A DNA stretch of 64,000 nucleotides from Selaginella moellendorffii (GCF_000143415.4 NW_003314279.1:1935679-1999678); one strand, 5' to 3'. Shown: positions 25,901-41,829, counted from the first letter of the stretch. Made by a program: numbers and translations. Notes: generated by a model not told the origin, from the letters alone.

Positions 25901-28495
25901 TAAAAAAGGTACACTCGCCTCGGGGAATCAAAAACCCACTTAAAACCACAAATAGAAGAATAAGCAACGAGCCCCCAGTATTTGCAACGACCATAGTTCG
26001 GCAGACACCGGCAATAAGCCGGAAAAGCGATGAGGACATCTGGTTTACAAGAAGCATCAGTAAAACATGTCGAAAAAACTTTCCCGCTGCTGGTGAATAT
26101 CCAATCACGTAGTACGTTATACACGTCCAAACGGAAACTTCGACGAGTGATAGAGGCAGCCGGAGCACGAATTGTGGTAAACTGACTGCCCATGCCGGAT
26201 AAAACAGCAAATCTCTCTGTTTAAAGAAGACAGGTAGCCGAAGAATGGTCATCGGTAGTTCTGACATGCCGTTGAACATAACCGCGAGCAGTCCATAAAA
26301 CAAGGCCCCCAAATAAACAGTTGCATTATCGATGGTATCACCTTTTACTTCCGTCCGTAAGAAGACAGTCGAAGTGATACAAGCCACAAAAACTATCTGT
26401 GAGAGAAGAACAGACATAAAGCACCACTAAACAAAATTGCGGACCAACTCACCTGTATAGTTTTAACGATATGGACAAAAGAGTGTCGTTTCATAAGTAG
26501 CCACTCCCTTTGGAAGGATATTTTGAACATCTCTGTCTTGCTGATAGAGTACTTTTCGTGAACTAACGCAGCTGGATGGCACTTCGACCTGTCAAAGGAG
26601 CAAGATAACTCTTCGGCAAGCTTCTGTCCAACGTGAAATGTCTTAAAACGTTCAGAAAACTCTTTTACTGTGATGTAGCGGTAAGGCACTTGCTTATCGG
26701 CCCAGTACTGTGCCTGATCTTTCCTGGATGTTACCTATCATGCGACGAGATAGAAGTTAACACCTTGAGAAAGAAACGCGGTGAGAGCTTACCTCTTGCA
26801 GAAAATCAGCCGTATCCTTGCGTTCGGGACATTTGAACCCGCATTCTTCAAAGAACTCTATGACGTACTCTCGAGGCCCGTGGTAGACCACCTGTCCTTC
26901 AGATAGTAAAAGGACGTCGTCGAACAAGTTGTACGTCTCTGGAGCCGGTTGCAGAAGAGACATGAATAGAGTTCCCTCGAGCACATGAACAAACTGCTGC
27001 ATGCATTTTACAATCTGGAACGTTGTCGAGCTATCAAGGCCTGTCGAAATCTCGTCCATGAACAACGTCTTCGTCGGGCCAACAATCATCTCTCCTGTAG
27101 TCACACGCTTCTTTTGTCCTCCTGAGATTCCTCTTCTCAGCTGATCGCCAACTATAGTGTCCGCACACACGTCCAAGCTCAAAATCTACAAATCACAAAC
27201 AGCAACGAAATCATATATTTGTAGCAAGTAGTCACTATACCCTGAGTGTGTAATCCGTCAGGATGCTGCTCTGAACTTTTTCCACTGCCGAGGCCTGCAA
27301 GAAGGAAATAGTAAACGAAAACTTAAGTTCACAGGGACTCTTACTTTCATGTAGAGATCAATGTCGGGTTCTGGGACTATATTCCTTTCCTTCTCACGCC
27401 TTATAAGTTCTGACAGGAGTTCTAGTTGGGAAGAGATTAACGCTTGTTGGACGTAAAAGGAGCTTACCATATCTTGTTCCGACGCCCTGAAAGCGTGCAG
27501 AAAACTCAAGCGTTTCCCTCACAGTCATCTCCCCATTGTGTAAGTCATGTTGGCTAATATAAGCAGAGGTCTTCTGCGGCACGAATTCTTGCAACTCGTG
27601 ACCATTGTATGTGATTTTCCCGCTCGTCTATAAAATAGTTGCGACTGTCAGTGGACGTTCCTACTATAGATTACCTTAAGAGCAGGATCCAATCTTCCGG
27701 CCAAAGCAAGAAGAAGAGTTGTTTTGCCGGAGCTTGGTGGACCAAGCAAAAGCGTCATCCTTCACAAGGAAACACACTCAGCTAGATCATTGCAAGCACT
27801 TGAAACCTACCTTCCAGGTTTGATAATGCCGCTGACATCTTGGAGTATGGTTAGGTTCGATTCTTTCGTCCTTGAAATCTTAAGAAAATCAATGGCCGCC
27901 TACACATGTCTCATGTCAAAAATGAAAAATCGGGTACCTGGACTCACCTCTAGCATGTTCACAGCCGTGTTGTAAAGGGTAGGCAGCGCTCTGTTGCCAA
28001 CGTAGCACTTAGCTTCCACTGTCAAATTCTCGTATCTCACTTCGACTGCTGGAACATCGATCCCGACTCTGAAATGGCTCGATCAGTACAACCAGTGTCA
28101 ACCACAGCAAGTAAAGATGGGACTCACTTATTGATCCTGTGCCTCAGCCTTTTGAGAAAAATCTCGTTGTCTTCTCCGGTCATTTGCACCAGCTTGTCTA
28201 AAAGAGCCTGACGCTCCGCGGGTCCTAACTTCCGAACGTCCACCTGCTGAAGAACGTCCTGCCCCTCTGTATTCAAGCTCTTGAGCACTGAAGTTCTCAG
28301 GCGGTCGTATGTCCCGAGCTTCTCCAGAGCAGCCCATGTCAGAGCTTCTTCGTCGTTCTCCGCCGATAATGTTTGAGCCCTCGACGAGCTCCTCCTGCTA
28401 CTAAAGTTGCGTATGCTCGGCCGCCTGCTCAAGCTTCTTGTCAGCCCAGACGCCCAAACATCCGCCGCTTCCAGATCAACTGTTTGCTGAGCCAT
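22944..28495 (-). CDS. Full-size ABCG (PDR) transporter, second paralogue, >20 exons
   Basis: [26 protein letters not shown]; [12 protein letters not shown]; [33 protein letters not shown]; [21 protein letters not shown]; [21 protein letters not shown]; LNFQTR*. Confidence 0.96.
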
Positions 28496-29196
28496 CGCTT
28501 GGCAAACTCACGAGCTCAATCCTCGGCCTTCTCGGCCTAAAAATATACCGGTGTATGTTGCGAACTATCCGCAGAAAATCATATTTTTTTTGTCCTCTTT
28601 TCTTGTCCGTTCTCTCCTTGTTCTGTCTAGATGAAAGGGTGTTAGCTCTAGAACTTACGAAAGAGAAAACGTTACCTCCTCTGACAGAAATTTTCTCTAT
28701 TCTTTGACTCTTGCCAAGCTTGCCGGATTTGTTTGGCGTGTTGTCTTAAAGCGCGTTCCCTCAATTATTAGACACCCGGCTCTTTGGATGACGCCTGAAG
28801 ATCCGCAAAGTCAACAAGATGCTGGCACTGGTGGAAGGAAGCTTCAAACGATCCTGTTTCCAGAAGATCTCCCAAGACTTGCGCTGATGCTGGCGAAACG
28901 CCTGTGGCATCAATGTAACAAGGAAATTATTCAACTGGGAAGGAGATTCCTACCTCGCGACGATCAACGGCCCAATCCATAGCTCAGAATCGACCAGCAT
29001 TTGCCCCATCCCTGCCGCGGCGAGCTCCATCGATCTATAAACCCTAGCGCACGTCAAAGCCATTCAAATTAAGGCGCGAAGGGTTAAGCCCGCGTAGTCG
29101 AACCAAAACCGAGCTCTCTTTAGTGTTGACTTTCACTTTTTTTTATAACACAAGTAGACGCGTAGACCACAATTTTATAACACAAGTAGACGGTAA

Positions 29197-30080
29197 ACCA
29201 CAATTTCCATTCGACGGGGATGCTTGTCGAGCATAGGTCCCAAGATTGAACAAGATTTTAGCAATCTAAAACAGACATAAAACGAAATTATGCGAAGGAA
29301 ATTAAAAGCTGACCTCCTCCTCTGTTGCAAAGCTCACGTCCAATGAGGTACCCGCGCCAGTACGGGAGTATCCATTTGGTGACAATGTTTGGCATCTACA
29401 TCCGACCATGCTGTGGTTGCGAGTACAGGCGAACCATCTTTATGTGCCAAATCGTACTGCTCCCCTCCATCCAGAAACAAAAGTATCCTTTCCTCCCTGG
29501 ACTTGAGAAATCTATCCAAATCTGCAGGCGAGTCAATACGCCCAATCTGCTCAAGAGCATCGGCATCGTCGCTCAAGGAGAACTCGAGTGCAGCCCTGAC
29601 CTGTGGAACGCGAGGAGATTCGGCATTGCAGATGCATATGATCCTCAAGCCAGGAACGTTGACAGCAACAAATACTTTCTTGCAACCAAAGAACCATCCA
29701 ACATTACCACTGCCAAAACCCGTAGAAAACGAATTTGTTTTCTACAATATCACGGACTTTTTATAAAAAATATTCTCAGAAATCAAGGCGGACACCTGTG
29801 CTATTGATCGTAGGAAACAGGATTTACCTACGCCTTTTGTTCCTCGCAAAGTCCAGGAGATCTATGTTTCGTTCTCAAGTGCTACGCAGAAGTCCACCAT
29901 CTTCTCCGCGAAGCTGGGTCTACAAATGTAGTCGAACACTCTGGGAGGGCGCGTCCCTACTTGGGTTTCACCACGTCACCTGGCGATGGATTTATGATCT
30001 TTCTGCAAAGCTCGTCGCAGCGATCCTGGATCATCTTCTTGACGCTTAAAATCCTAACCCTTGTCAAATATAATTTTAGT
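29197..30080 (-). pseudogene. Truncated, disrupted copy of the Crinkler-like P-loop NTPase gene (paralogue of 42560-44448)
   Basis: The reverse complement aligns with ~42535-43300 (KMIQDRCDELCRKIIN, RGTKGVGKS, RIICICNAESPRVPQVRAALEF..ILLFLDGG). It has indels, an 88-bp insertion and no C-terminal half. Confidence 0.85.
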
Positions 30081-30404
30081 TATATCTAATATTATCAGAG
30101 AACAAGGAAATATGACACCTACGCCCACATTGACACACTCGCTCTCATTTCTCTTGCGCTCAATCTCTTCCTGATCACCAGGGTCCTTGATCCTGGTGTG
30201 GTCTGTGAGCTCGCACCTTGGGCTCCGGCGTGGAGCTCTACGCTGCATGCTATGATGAGTTAAATTTTTATTGACTCTTTTAATCATTACATTTGTAAAC
30301 TTTAATGTTAGTATGTACAGCGGTTTTCTATCTAGGATTTGCAAGCATACTATTAGTAGGAATGTGATTTAAGCGAACCTGGTCATATGATCCCAGATCA
30401 AATG

Positions 30405-30406
<2 letters not shown>

Positions 30407-30437
<31 letters not shown>
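30407..30437. repeat. (CT)n microsatellite just downstream of the ALG10 stop
   Basis: About 15 CT units, directly visible. Confidence 0.95.
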
Positions 30438-30440
<3 letters not shown>

Positions 30441-30465
30441 AGAGAAAACAAAAAGTGGTACACTT

Positions 30466-32290
30466 TCACCAAATAAATCTTTGGGTTCCCGGTTCGTGAG
30501 CCCAGTGGAATGGCTTCCAGAGGAAGAGCCTCATAGTCAGAGCGTTCACTACCAAAAACTCCATGGCCATGAACCAAAACTTCCAAGAGCTCACTTGGAG
30601 CTTGGCGAAGCTGTGGAGAGCGACCAAGTAAAAGGGCACCGTGAAGTAGCGAAATTCCACCAGCGGAGCTGGGACTAGGACAGCAATCACAGCTCCACAA
30701 AACGAAACTACCCAGAGCTTTTGGAGGAGAGGCGTCCTCACGCCGGCATCGCGGAGGTTTTCGAGCAACGAATGTATGATCGACCACCAGCAAAAGATAT
30801 AGAGCGGTATGAGCAAGTACTTAACGCACCAGTGGGTCTGGATGATATCCTTCCATATATAAAACGTGTAGTGTCGATTGTCAGCAATTAAGTACGGGTG
30901 TGCCAAGCTGTGGAAACGCTTTAGTTCGTTAGTAGAAAACACGAGCTTTGGACAAGGTACCTGAAGAAATGGACCGCCACAATCGCGATGCTGGCAGTAA
31001 CAGCACCACTGAGACATGCGAGCGCTGGAGTTTCTCTGAAAACTTGTCGTAGAGATGAAAACCTGTTTAGCGAGAGTTGGAGCGGTGCCAGCACTCCCGC
31101 GGTAAAAAGAGCGAAGTAGAGTGGCTGAGCAAAGTGTGGAGAAGCTCTGTGCGCGTCCTTTGCACCTACACGTAATGTTTGGAAGTGTTTGATAAACCAT
31201 TTGAATGGTCTTACCGACGACAATGCTGCCATTGTAGACAACGAAAGCCAAAAAGGCAAGGATAACGAGCACGAAAGGCGAAAACTGTCTAGCAGCAAAC
31301 CACTTTCTTTGCCACGCATTCAGAATGGCGTCTTGTAAATCGCTGTGCCGACCTGAGTAAAAATGAGAACCAATACACACATGAACTGATAAGCAATTTT
31401 ACCAGTAAAATGCGTCGCGTGCTTTGTCTCAGCTGTTCTTCGTACACGTCTTCTTCTCAGAAACTTTGATTCAGAATATCTTTTGTCAGGAGTTTTCTCC
31501 GTATCATCAACTGCTTCCTCCTCTTTTGAAGACGAAATCGCCTCTTGCAAAAATTGTATCACTCCAACACAGAGACCAAAAACGGTCCAGACAGCATTTG
31601 TTTGCCGGAACATTATCGCCAAGATAGAAAGCTGCAGCGTAAGAAAGGTTCTTAAGTAAAACTCTGGTATGAAACTTGATATGGATACTGACCGTAGCAG
31701 AAATCCAGTAGGATCTCTTCAAGCATGCCAAGTACATGGCCATCACGGCTGCTGTGGAGCCAACGTCGGTGTAATATAGAAACGTGAAAAACCAGTGCAA
31801 AGGGTACAAAGCAAGTACCACGGATTTGAGAAGCAACGCTCTCTCGCTCACTTTCGGGTCGAGATGAAGCAAAATGCTCCGGAACAGACAAACACATACC
31901 AGTGACAAAAGTATATTGATGGATCTTAGAGCATTGAGAGTGCATAAATCCATCCCAGGAATCCACGAGACCATAGATTCAAAAACCAGTGATACGAGGT
32001 ATCTGGAAACAAAAACTCGTCATACAGATTTGGAAGGAGCGAGAGAGAATGACGAACTTACAATCCTGGCAGCGTTGTGATCATAGGATCCCAAGTATAA
32101 AAATCCCTTTTGCAGTAGCGCTGAGCTTGCGGGACGTGGAAAATCTCGTCCTGGAGCAAGGTAGAAATTATCAGTAGCTACATCTCAAAATATAGTTTAC
32201 CATGTAAGGATCCGGAACGATGCCATTGACGAGATAAGCCACTGGTAGCGCGAATGCGAGCAGTGTCGCGATGAGCACAAGGATCGACAT
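30466..32290 (-). CDS. ALG10: Dol-P-Glc:Glc2Man9GlcNAc2-PP-Dol alpha-1,2-glucosyltransferase (ALG10/DIE2)
   Basis: [14 protein letters not shown] / [24 protein letters not shown] / ..[18 protein letters not shown] / ..FRQTNAVW / ..[33 protein letters not shown]. Confidence 0.95.
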
Positions 32291-32394
32291 GAGCGGTGAC
32301 TCGAACTAAACTCCAGGCATTCTAGTCTAGCACTTCCATGAACCCTAAAAATGCCAATCTGGGTTTTAATCTCGTGTTACTTACATTTAACATG

Positions 32395-34427
32395 CTACTC
32401 TTCTTCGACTGTTTCAAGTTCTGGCTTACTAGCAAACCATTCTTCGTTACCAAATAGTTGATGAAAAACCTGGCAGAAAAACGAGCTATGTGAGCGAGCA
32501 CTCGCAAGTAAATCCTGTACCTTCTCGGTGTATTCCACGACACTTTCATACCCAGCCTCCGGACCTGGTTGAGCGCATACTCCAATACGATTGTCTATCA
32601 CCTATCGCAGAAGTTAGATCATGCTTGGAAAGCTTTGGCAAGAACGGTACCTGTGAGCTTGTGCTATGAAGTTTTTCGGTGAAGAACCCGGACCAGAGAA
32701 GCTTTGGTTTGCAGAGGTCGGGCTCGAGGATGCTGGTTAAATCCTCTTCGCTTCCGGACTGAAAAAGAAGAAGTTTTACGACTCCATCCAACGCAGCCTT
32801 CGCAACAGAGCCACTTCCGGCAACTGTAGAGATTTGAATGACATATCTGCATGGCGACGACGTTAAAAAACACCCATGGATTCAAGCAGAGAACTTACTT
32901 TCCATCCGGGCAAACGGCAGTGCTGCCTAGTTGTAGGACTCTCACTGGATTTGGATTACATTCCCCGCTTACAGCTACACATCGTGCCGGGAAACTAGAA
33001 CCGAAAGGCAAGAAAAAGAATGAACTTACATCGTGGTGGAAATATCAGCAGAAGGTTGCTCTTTCCGGAAAGCAAGGATGTATCGGTTATACAGACGTAT
33101 CTCCCCAGAAGCAGACTCGGGGTCTTGCTATCTGGCCGCTGCATTTCCTCGACTAAATGACTTCCCCATTTGTTGAAGGATGCACCAAGTACTATCTTGT
33201 CACTGTAGAGAAGTTGTCCGGATTGAGCACGTATGCCTTTGAATTGCTTTGTTTCCTACAATCCCAGAATCAATGAAAGAGACGAATGGAAAACTTACAC
33301 ATACCTTATCCCGAATAACAGAGGTGACGGGCATCCGCAACACCTACAAGAGAGCACCATGATATCCGCAAGAGATCATAGGAAATTAACAAGATCACGT
33401 ACGTACAATGCTCCATGAACAGCGGCCACTCGACAGAATGCTTGAGGTATTTCAGCTTGCCCATAAAGGGTGTATAGAAAAGCACCATTGTTATCAAATC
33501 TGCGGAGAGAACATCAACACCACCGCTGGGATGAAAAATTCAGGAAAAACTACCTTCCAATCGAAGCCATATGAAGCTTTAACAGTTGCAAGCCCTTCAG
33601 TGCTGAGATAGGAGAGCTACTTGCTTTCTGGTCCTCGTCAAGTAGCGCAACAGCATACAAAATGATTCTGGAAAGAGAGAAACGAAGAAGAAGAAAGTTA
33701 GAAATCATTTTTTCCAGCCAAGAACCTCAAAGAAAAGAAAGCACCACGATTGAATCGACTGTGGAAGCTGCTCCCTCTCCAGGAGCTCCACGAACGACAC
33801 CTTCAAGTTCTCATCGGAGAAACCAGCACCGTCTCCCTCCTGAGAGATGTAAGCCTGGACAGACTTTAGAAACCGCATGAGACGCCTCTTGTCACGCAAG
33901 GCCAAGGATCGGTCCTGGAAGAGCTCGGAGCTGGAAGTTGGCGCGGAGATAAAACCATCTCCACTCCAAATGTATGTCGCCTGGACGCCTTTAAACTCGA
34001 GATAGTTGCTAGCGCCACACTTGATCAAGAGATCCACCAGAGACTCCGCGCAGCGTAGAACTTTTGGAGCTGCGATGTCGAGCGTGTAGTCTCTGGAAGA
34101 GCCCAGAGCTGCCGCCGATCCCTCGAATTCACAGACTTTGCCATCAGAGTAGAGGAATTCGTCTCGCAGGAGCTCGGATTCCTCCAAACCGAGAGCATCC
34201 AGCTCGGCCGAGGAGTCCACTGCGGCCGAGCCATTGCAAGCGCCGAGCGATGCTATGAACGAGGAGAGCTGATCCAGGGTCATGGATGCCCATTCCGATC
34301 CGTAGAACTCGTTGGAATCGAGGTGAAGTACCTTGCGCCCGCTGCAAGCCGCCGCGGCAGCTAGGATCGACTCTGGCAGCCCCGTTCCAACCACGATTGC
34401 GTCGAAGCGATCCGGATCGATGTCCAT
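32395..34427 (-). CDS. REP: Rab escort protein (REP, GDI/CHM family)
   Basis: MDIDPDRFDAIVVGTGLPESILAAAAACSGRKVLHLDSNEFYGS; FQDRSLALRDKRRLMRFL; exon encoding IYSCRKWLCCEGC-frame region and later KPKLLWSGFF; C-terminus ..VFHQLFGNEEWFASKPELETVEEE*. Multi-exon; internal boundaries not all resolved. Confidence 0.88.
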
Positions 34428-34505
34428 TTTTCCAGCCAAGAGTTTGCGAAGAACCCTAACCCTATTATTGGCGCGCTCTTCTTCTTCCACCGGGGGAAGA
34501 CGGTC

Positions 34506-35749
34506 ATGAATCTCTTCAGGAAGAAAACCGATCCGAAAGGTGAGAGCCACGATCCTCCCAACCTAGCTCTGTCAAGCGATTCACAGCGCTCCAATCTATA
34601 GATGCTCTTCGAGCCAGCAAACGCGAGATGGGAGTTGCGACTAGAGGTTTTTATTTGGGATTTTCTTCTTCGTTTGCTAGAAAAAATGGATTTTTGTTTT
34701 GCAGGAATCGAGAGAGAAATAATGACTCTACAATCAGAGGTGAGTGATTTTAGTTCTTAGTTCTTAGTTTGGACTTATTTTTTGCCTTCCAGGAGAAGAG
34801 ACTGCTTGCCGAGATTAAGAAAACAGCCAAGACTGGTAACAAGGTGAGAGGTGTTTTTTCGTTGTTTGTTTTCTCGAGCTAGATAGATGTTGTTTCAGAG
34901 CGCAACGACGATCTTGGCAAGGCAATTGATCAGATTGCGGCAGCAAATTGGAAAGCTCCAGGGCAGTCGAGCTCAAGTGCGAGGTGTGGCAACCCATACC
35001 CAGGTTCTGTCACAAATTTTTCTTATCGCCCCTCTCTTTTGTTTTGAACTCGAAGGGAGTTTTTCTAGCTCCATGCCTCTGATGCTGCTTCAGTGTTGTT
35101 GTCTAGGCGATGTATGCGAATACGTCTGTTGCTGGTGCTATGAAAGGAGCCACTAAGGCAATGGGCGCAATGAACAAAGTGAGATTTTTTCGGCTTTGTT
35201 TTACTTGACTTCGCTTACAACGATCTTGCAGCAAATGCAACCTCAGCAACAAGTTAAAACCATGCAGGAATTTCAGAAACAGTCCACACAAATGGATTTG
35301 ACAGTAAGTTTTCACGTTTCGATTCTCGCTGAACTATCATCGATGTTGATGCCAGTCTGAGATGCTGGCCGATGCTATCGATGGCGCTTTGGACGACGAA
35401 GAGGCCGAGGACGAAACTGAGGAGCTCACAAACCAAGTAACGTAAAAGCTATCTATTAGAATTTTGATTTAGCTCTTCCTTTCAGGTTCTAGACGAAATT
35501 GGTATTGATATCGCTGCCAAGGTACTGATAATTTACACTCCCAACTCTTTGGATTGTTAACTGATTTTATGCTTTTGGTTTCCAATATTTAGTTGACAGC
35601 ACCTCCCAAAGGAAGAATTGCAGGAAAATCGGGAGCTGAAGAAATCAAAAGGTAAAATAATCTATGTTGTATTGATCATCCTTTCGCTTTTTTTCAGTTC
35701 TGAAATGGATAACTTGGAGGACCGATTAGCAGCTCTTCGCAATACTTAA
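34506..35749 (+). CDS. VPS2: ESCRT-III subunit VPS2 (CHMP2; VPS2.2/2.3-like), ~11 small exons
   Basis: MNLFRKKTDPK/DALRASKREMGVATRG/IEREIMTLQSE/EKRLLAEIKKTAKTGNK/SATTILARQLIRLRQQIGKLQGSRAQVRGVATHTQ/AMYANTSV../..EFQKQSTQMD../..LTNQ/VLDEIGID../..LEDRLAALRNT*. Confidence 0.93.
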
Positions 35750-35797
35750 TTGCCGTTACATTTAACAAGAATAAAATCCCTTTAGGAAATCAAAACA

Positions 35798-35910
35798 CGC
35801 CACGTGGCAATATTTGATAAGTCGAATAGCGTCACTTCCTCAAGATTAATCTGAGCCATTGGATGTAGGCATATTCGAGAAATAAGGGTATTTGCCCGCG
35901 TTATATAAAC
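35798..35910 (+). promoter_or_regulatory. BiP promoter: palindromic G-box/UPRE-like GCCACGTGGC and TATA box
   Basis: GCCACGTGGCAAT at ~35798 (also kept in the duplicate at ~45669), ATTGG at ~35858, TATATAAA at ~35902, ATG at 35944. Confidence 0.5.
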
Positions 35911-35943
35911 TCAACCGACCCTAAGGTTTCGTCAACTTTGAGG

Positions 35944-38335
<2,392 letters not shown>

Positions 38336-38439
38336 ATCACAAGCAAAGTTGGAGGAGGTTATAGATCTCAAGGGACAATAGTAGTATAGAGCACAGGAGA
38401 CTGCAAGTTCAAGATAAAATTGTAAAAACAATGGTATAT

Positions 38440-38852
38440 CACGTACCTTAAAAGTATAAACTTCTTAGCGTTGCATTGAGCACGCCTCTCCCTAGAGGTT
38501 TCCCATAAGCACGCAAGCAGCATCGTCATCTCGATCCTCGAGCTTCATCAGAGACTGAAAAGCCTTCTCCAAGTTGTCTCCACTCAAGACGGTTGTCCAT
38601 GCCAATTAGCTGTCTTCGCAACGCAAGCTTTGCGCAAGCTCAACTGCCTCTTCGAGACGGTTGGCCCGGCTCAGAAGATCGACTATGCAGTGATAGTGGT
38701 CGATCTCTGGCTTCACGCCAAACTCAGCGAGCATTGAGTCGAAGATCTTCTTCCCCTTGTCAACTAAGTAGGGCAAGGTGACACTCCCGTGTTGATCATT
38801 GGGAAGCTCGGGGACGAAGGCTTACAACCAAATGGTATCACAGTTCTGTCAG
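38440..38852 (-). pseudogene. Deleted 3' fragment of the PPR gene at 47737-49968, with a small internal inversion
   Basis: 38440-38767 aligns with ~47715-48100 with several deletions; 38770-38850 is the reverse complement of ~48128-48215. Confidence 0.85.
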
Positions 38853-38859
38853 TTCTCAT

Positions 38860-40560
38860 ACAACCAGAACATTATTAGTTTAATAATAATAAATTAATTT
38901 TAACTATTTAATTTTATTATTATATAGTTAAAATAATTAAATATGCTTTAATTTAATATTTCTGGCCACAGAAAACTTTTTATTTGTGATGGCTTTCTTT
39001 AATCACCTTAAATCAGTTAAAGAACAATAGATGGAAATAGCAGATATGTGATTGCATGTGGGAGCATTATATATTTACACCTGTGTGGATTTATTTTTTT
39101 TCTTGTAAAAATATAATAATCACATTTTGATTGCTATATAAGCAATCAAACATGATTGTGTATATAATACTTTTGTTATCTGGTATGCCATGTATGCATG
39201 GGGCATGATATTTCAAATTGTGACATATGACTGCCATATCATCCTAGATAACATAACGTCACCGCAAATCTAGTAAAGGTTTTATACAAAAGGTTTTACA
39301 CAAGTATGTATGTAATGCTAATTTATATTATGTGTGACAAATATTCCACAACTTCTCTTTTCCTTTCACAATGTCATGTAAAAATGAAATTCATAAGTGT
39401 GGAGTAGTGGGACAAAAAGCACCATAATCAAAATTGAGGTATTGAATTGGAGCTTTTTGTTTAGTCACAATATTACATATTACAATGGAGTGCCTAGTTA
39501 GTACTTTTTTGATCACAGCTGCCAACTTTTATTCCTTCAGCAAGCATGCAAATGTTAATTTTCATATAAATTAGCCATAAGTGTATATGCAACTTTGTTC
39601 CATTTATCAATCTTCACCAAAGTGTTTTTCACAATTTGCATGTCTTTCTACTTCTTACACAGTTTGGCTTTAGAGGCATAGATTCTAACACCATCATTGC
39701 TTCATCCAAATGGTTACTCATCCCAAGAGATCAATCACTCCATGGTAGTGCTCACACCCAGGATAAATCCCATATTTTATCTTTGTTGCATTTAGGTATT
39801 CCTTTCCTTGTTTCACAAACCTCACATGGCTGCAAACACTGATAATTGAGAGGAATGTAAAGCTATCAGGATGAAGATTGAAATCTTACATGTTGTGAAA
39901 GCTTTGGAATATAAAGGTAGAATCTCCTTGGTGACTGTATCCAGTTGTCCAAGCCACAAGATCTTTTAATAGCATTGTGTTCAAACTTTGTTGAGCCAAG
40001 ATCACACTTCTTTGCACTGGAAGTCAACCAAGCATATCACTATGACTTGATTGCTCTTTAGTCCTGAGCTCTTCGTCCCAATTGCCAAGCCCCAACATTG
40101 TTATAAGCTTCCCCTCTACTGCTTTTATTACTGTGAGTTACCTAGTATGTAAAGCCATGCTTTACTCCAGTGCCACTAATTTTACAAAAATTCCTTCCAT
40201 CTCTTTGTTATAAAATTTGAGTATGCCTTGAGAGCAGTCACATTAACTTTGAGAATTTGGCTTGAAGTAGTTCTCTATCTCATATTATTTGTTCTCAAGT
40301 GGATTTCTCACATTTTTAATCACATGTTGTTTTGGCATTATAATGGTTTATTGTGACCAAAGAAACAGCCCCAAGTAGATAAAATTGACATGGAATTGAA
40401 ATTTATGGAGTTTAAGAAATTGCATACATAGTGTTGACTTGGATTTGCCATGTATATATGGCAAGCACCCATATATACCATGTGTAAAAAATAAAGTCAC
40501 AAATATATTTTATAATAATTCATATATATTTAGAAGCATTTCAAATTTGGGGGGGGGGGG
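38860..40560. mobile_element. AT-rich non-autonomous element (family shared with 41830-42320 and 60240-62480), enclosing a PPR fragment
   Basis: 39040-39270 aligns with 60730-60960. 40415-40500 aligns with 61725-61800. 40260-40500 aligns, inverted, with 41960-42320. Termini not defined; the element runs into the gap. Confidence 0.6.
39555..40265 (-). pseudogene. Heavily decayed PLS-E PPR fragment
   Basis: Minus-strand remnants with stops and frameshifts: EMEGIFVKLVALE*SMALH, LKDLVAWTT..GYSHQGD, HPDSFTFLSIISVCSHVRFVKQGKEY, EHYHGVIDLLG, LDEAMMVLESMP, AYTLMANLY. Confidence 0.8.
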
Positions 40561-40660
40561 NNNNNNNNNNNNNNNNNNNNNNNNNNNNNNNNNNNNNNNN
40601 NNNNNNNNNNNNNNNNNNNNNNNNNNNNNNNNNNNNNNNNNNNNNNNNNNNNNNNNNNNN
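40561..40660. other. Assembly gap (100 N)
   Basis: Run of N preceded by a G homopolymer. Confidence 1.
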
Positions 40661-41272
<612 letters not shown>

Positions 41273-41829
41273 TAGGTGGGGCGGTTTATAAGCTCAATTT
41301 TTAACTTCTTGTTAGCTCCTTTTTACCCTATTACACTACAATCCAGTTGTGACTAGTTTATGCTCTTCCTCCTCCCATTATTATAACTTTGGATTGTCCT
41401 AAATATAATAGTGTTATTTTCGCATTTAAGTTTACAATTTAATATGGGTTATATATTCAAGAATTTTTCTATGCTTCAATTCCTTCATTGGGAGTTTAAC
41501 TTTGTCTCTTTGTTTAATGGCCTAAAGATATGAACTCAAGTTCCACTCCACTACCCTTAACCCATGTGTTTAAGGGTTTATATTCCACTCTAGTAAATAC
41601 CTATAGGCTATAAATAAAGGAGCGATGAGATAGGAGCATGAGGTGATATAAAAATAATCCCAAAGCATCTAACATTCTAATGTTAGGACCAACATATAAA
41701 ATAGAGCTAAATAGAGTATAGTTTTATTTTGGTATATTAATGGTTTAACATGAGGATATAAATACTCATAGTATAATATGGAACTTGGGCTTAGACCCAA
41801 GTTAAACACATAACAAAGACTTTGTGATC

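Noticed and set aside
10328-28495. BAHD + methyltransferase + two ABCG transporters as a biosynthetic gene cluster
   Set aside because: The methyltransferase is the protein-repair enzyme PIMT and no scaffold-forming enzyme is present; adjacency alone is insufficient.
28700-29050. Short ORF or gene-like fragment upstream of the second PDR gene
   Set aside because: No recognisable motif and an early stop; cannot be supported.
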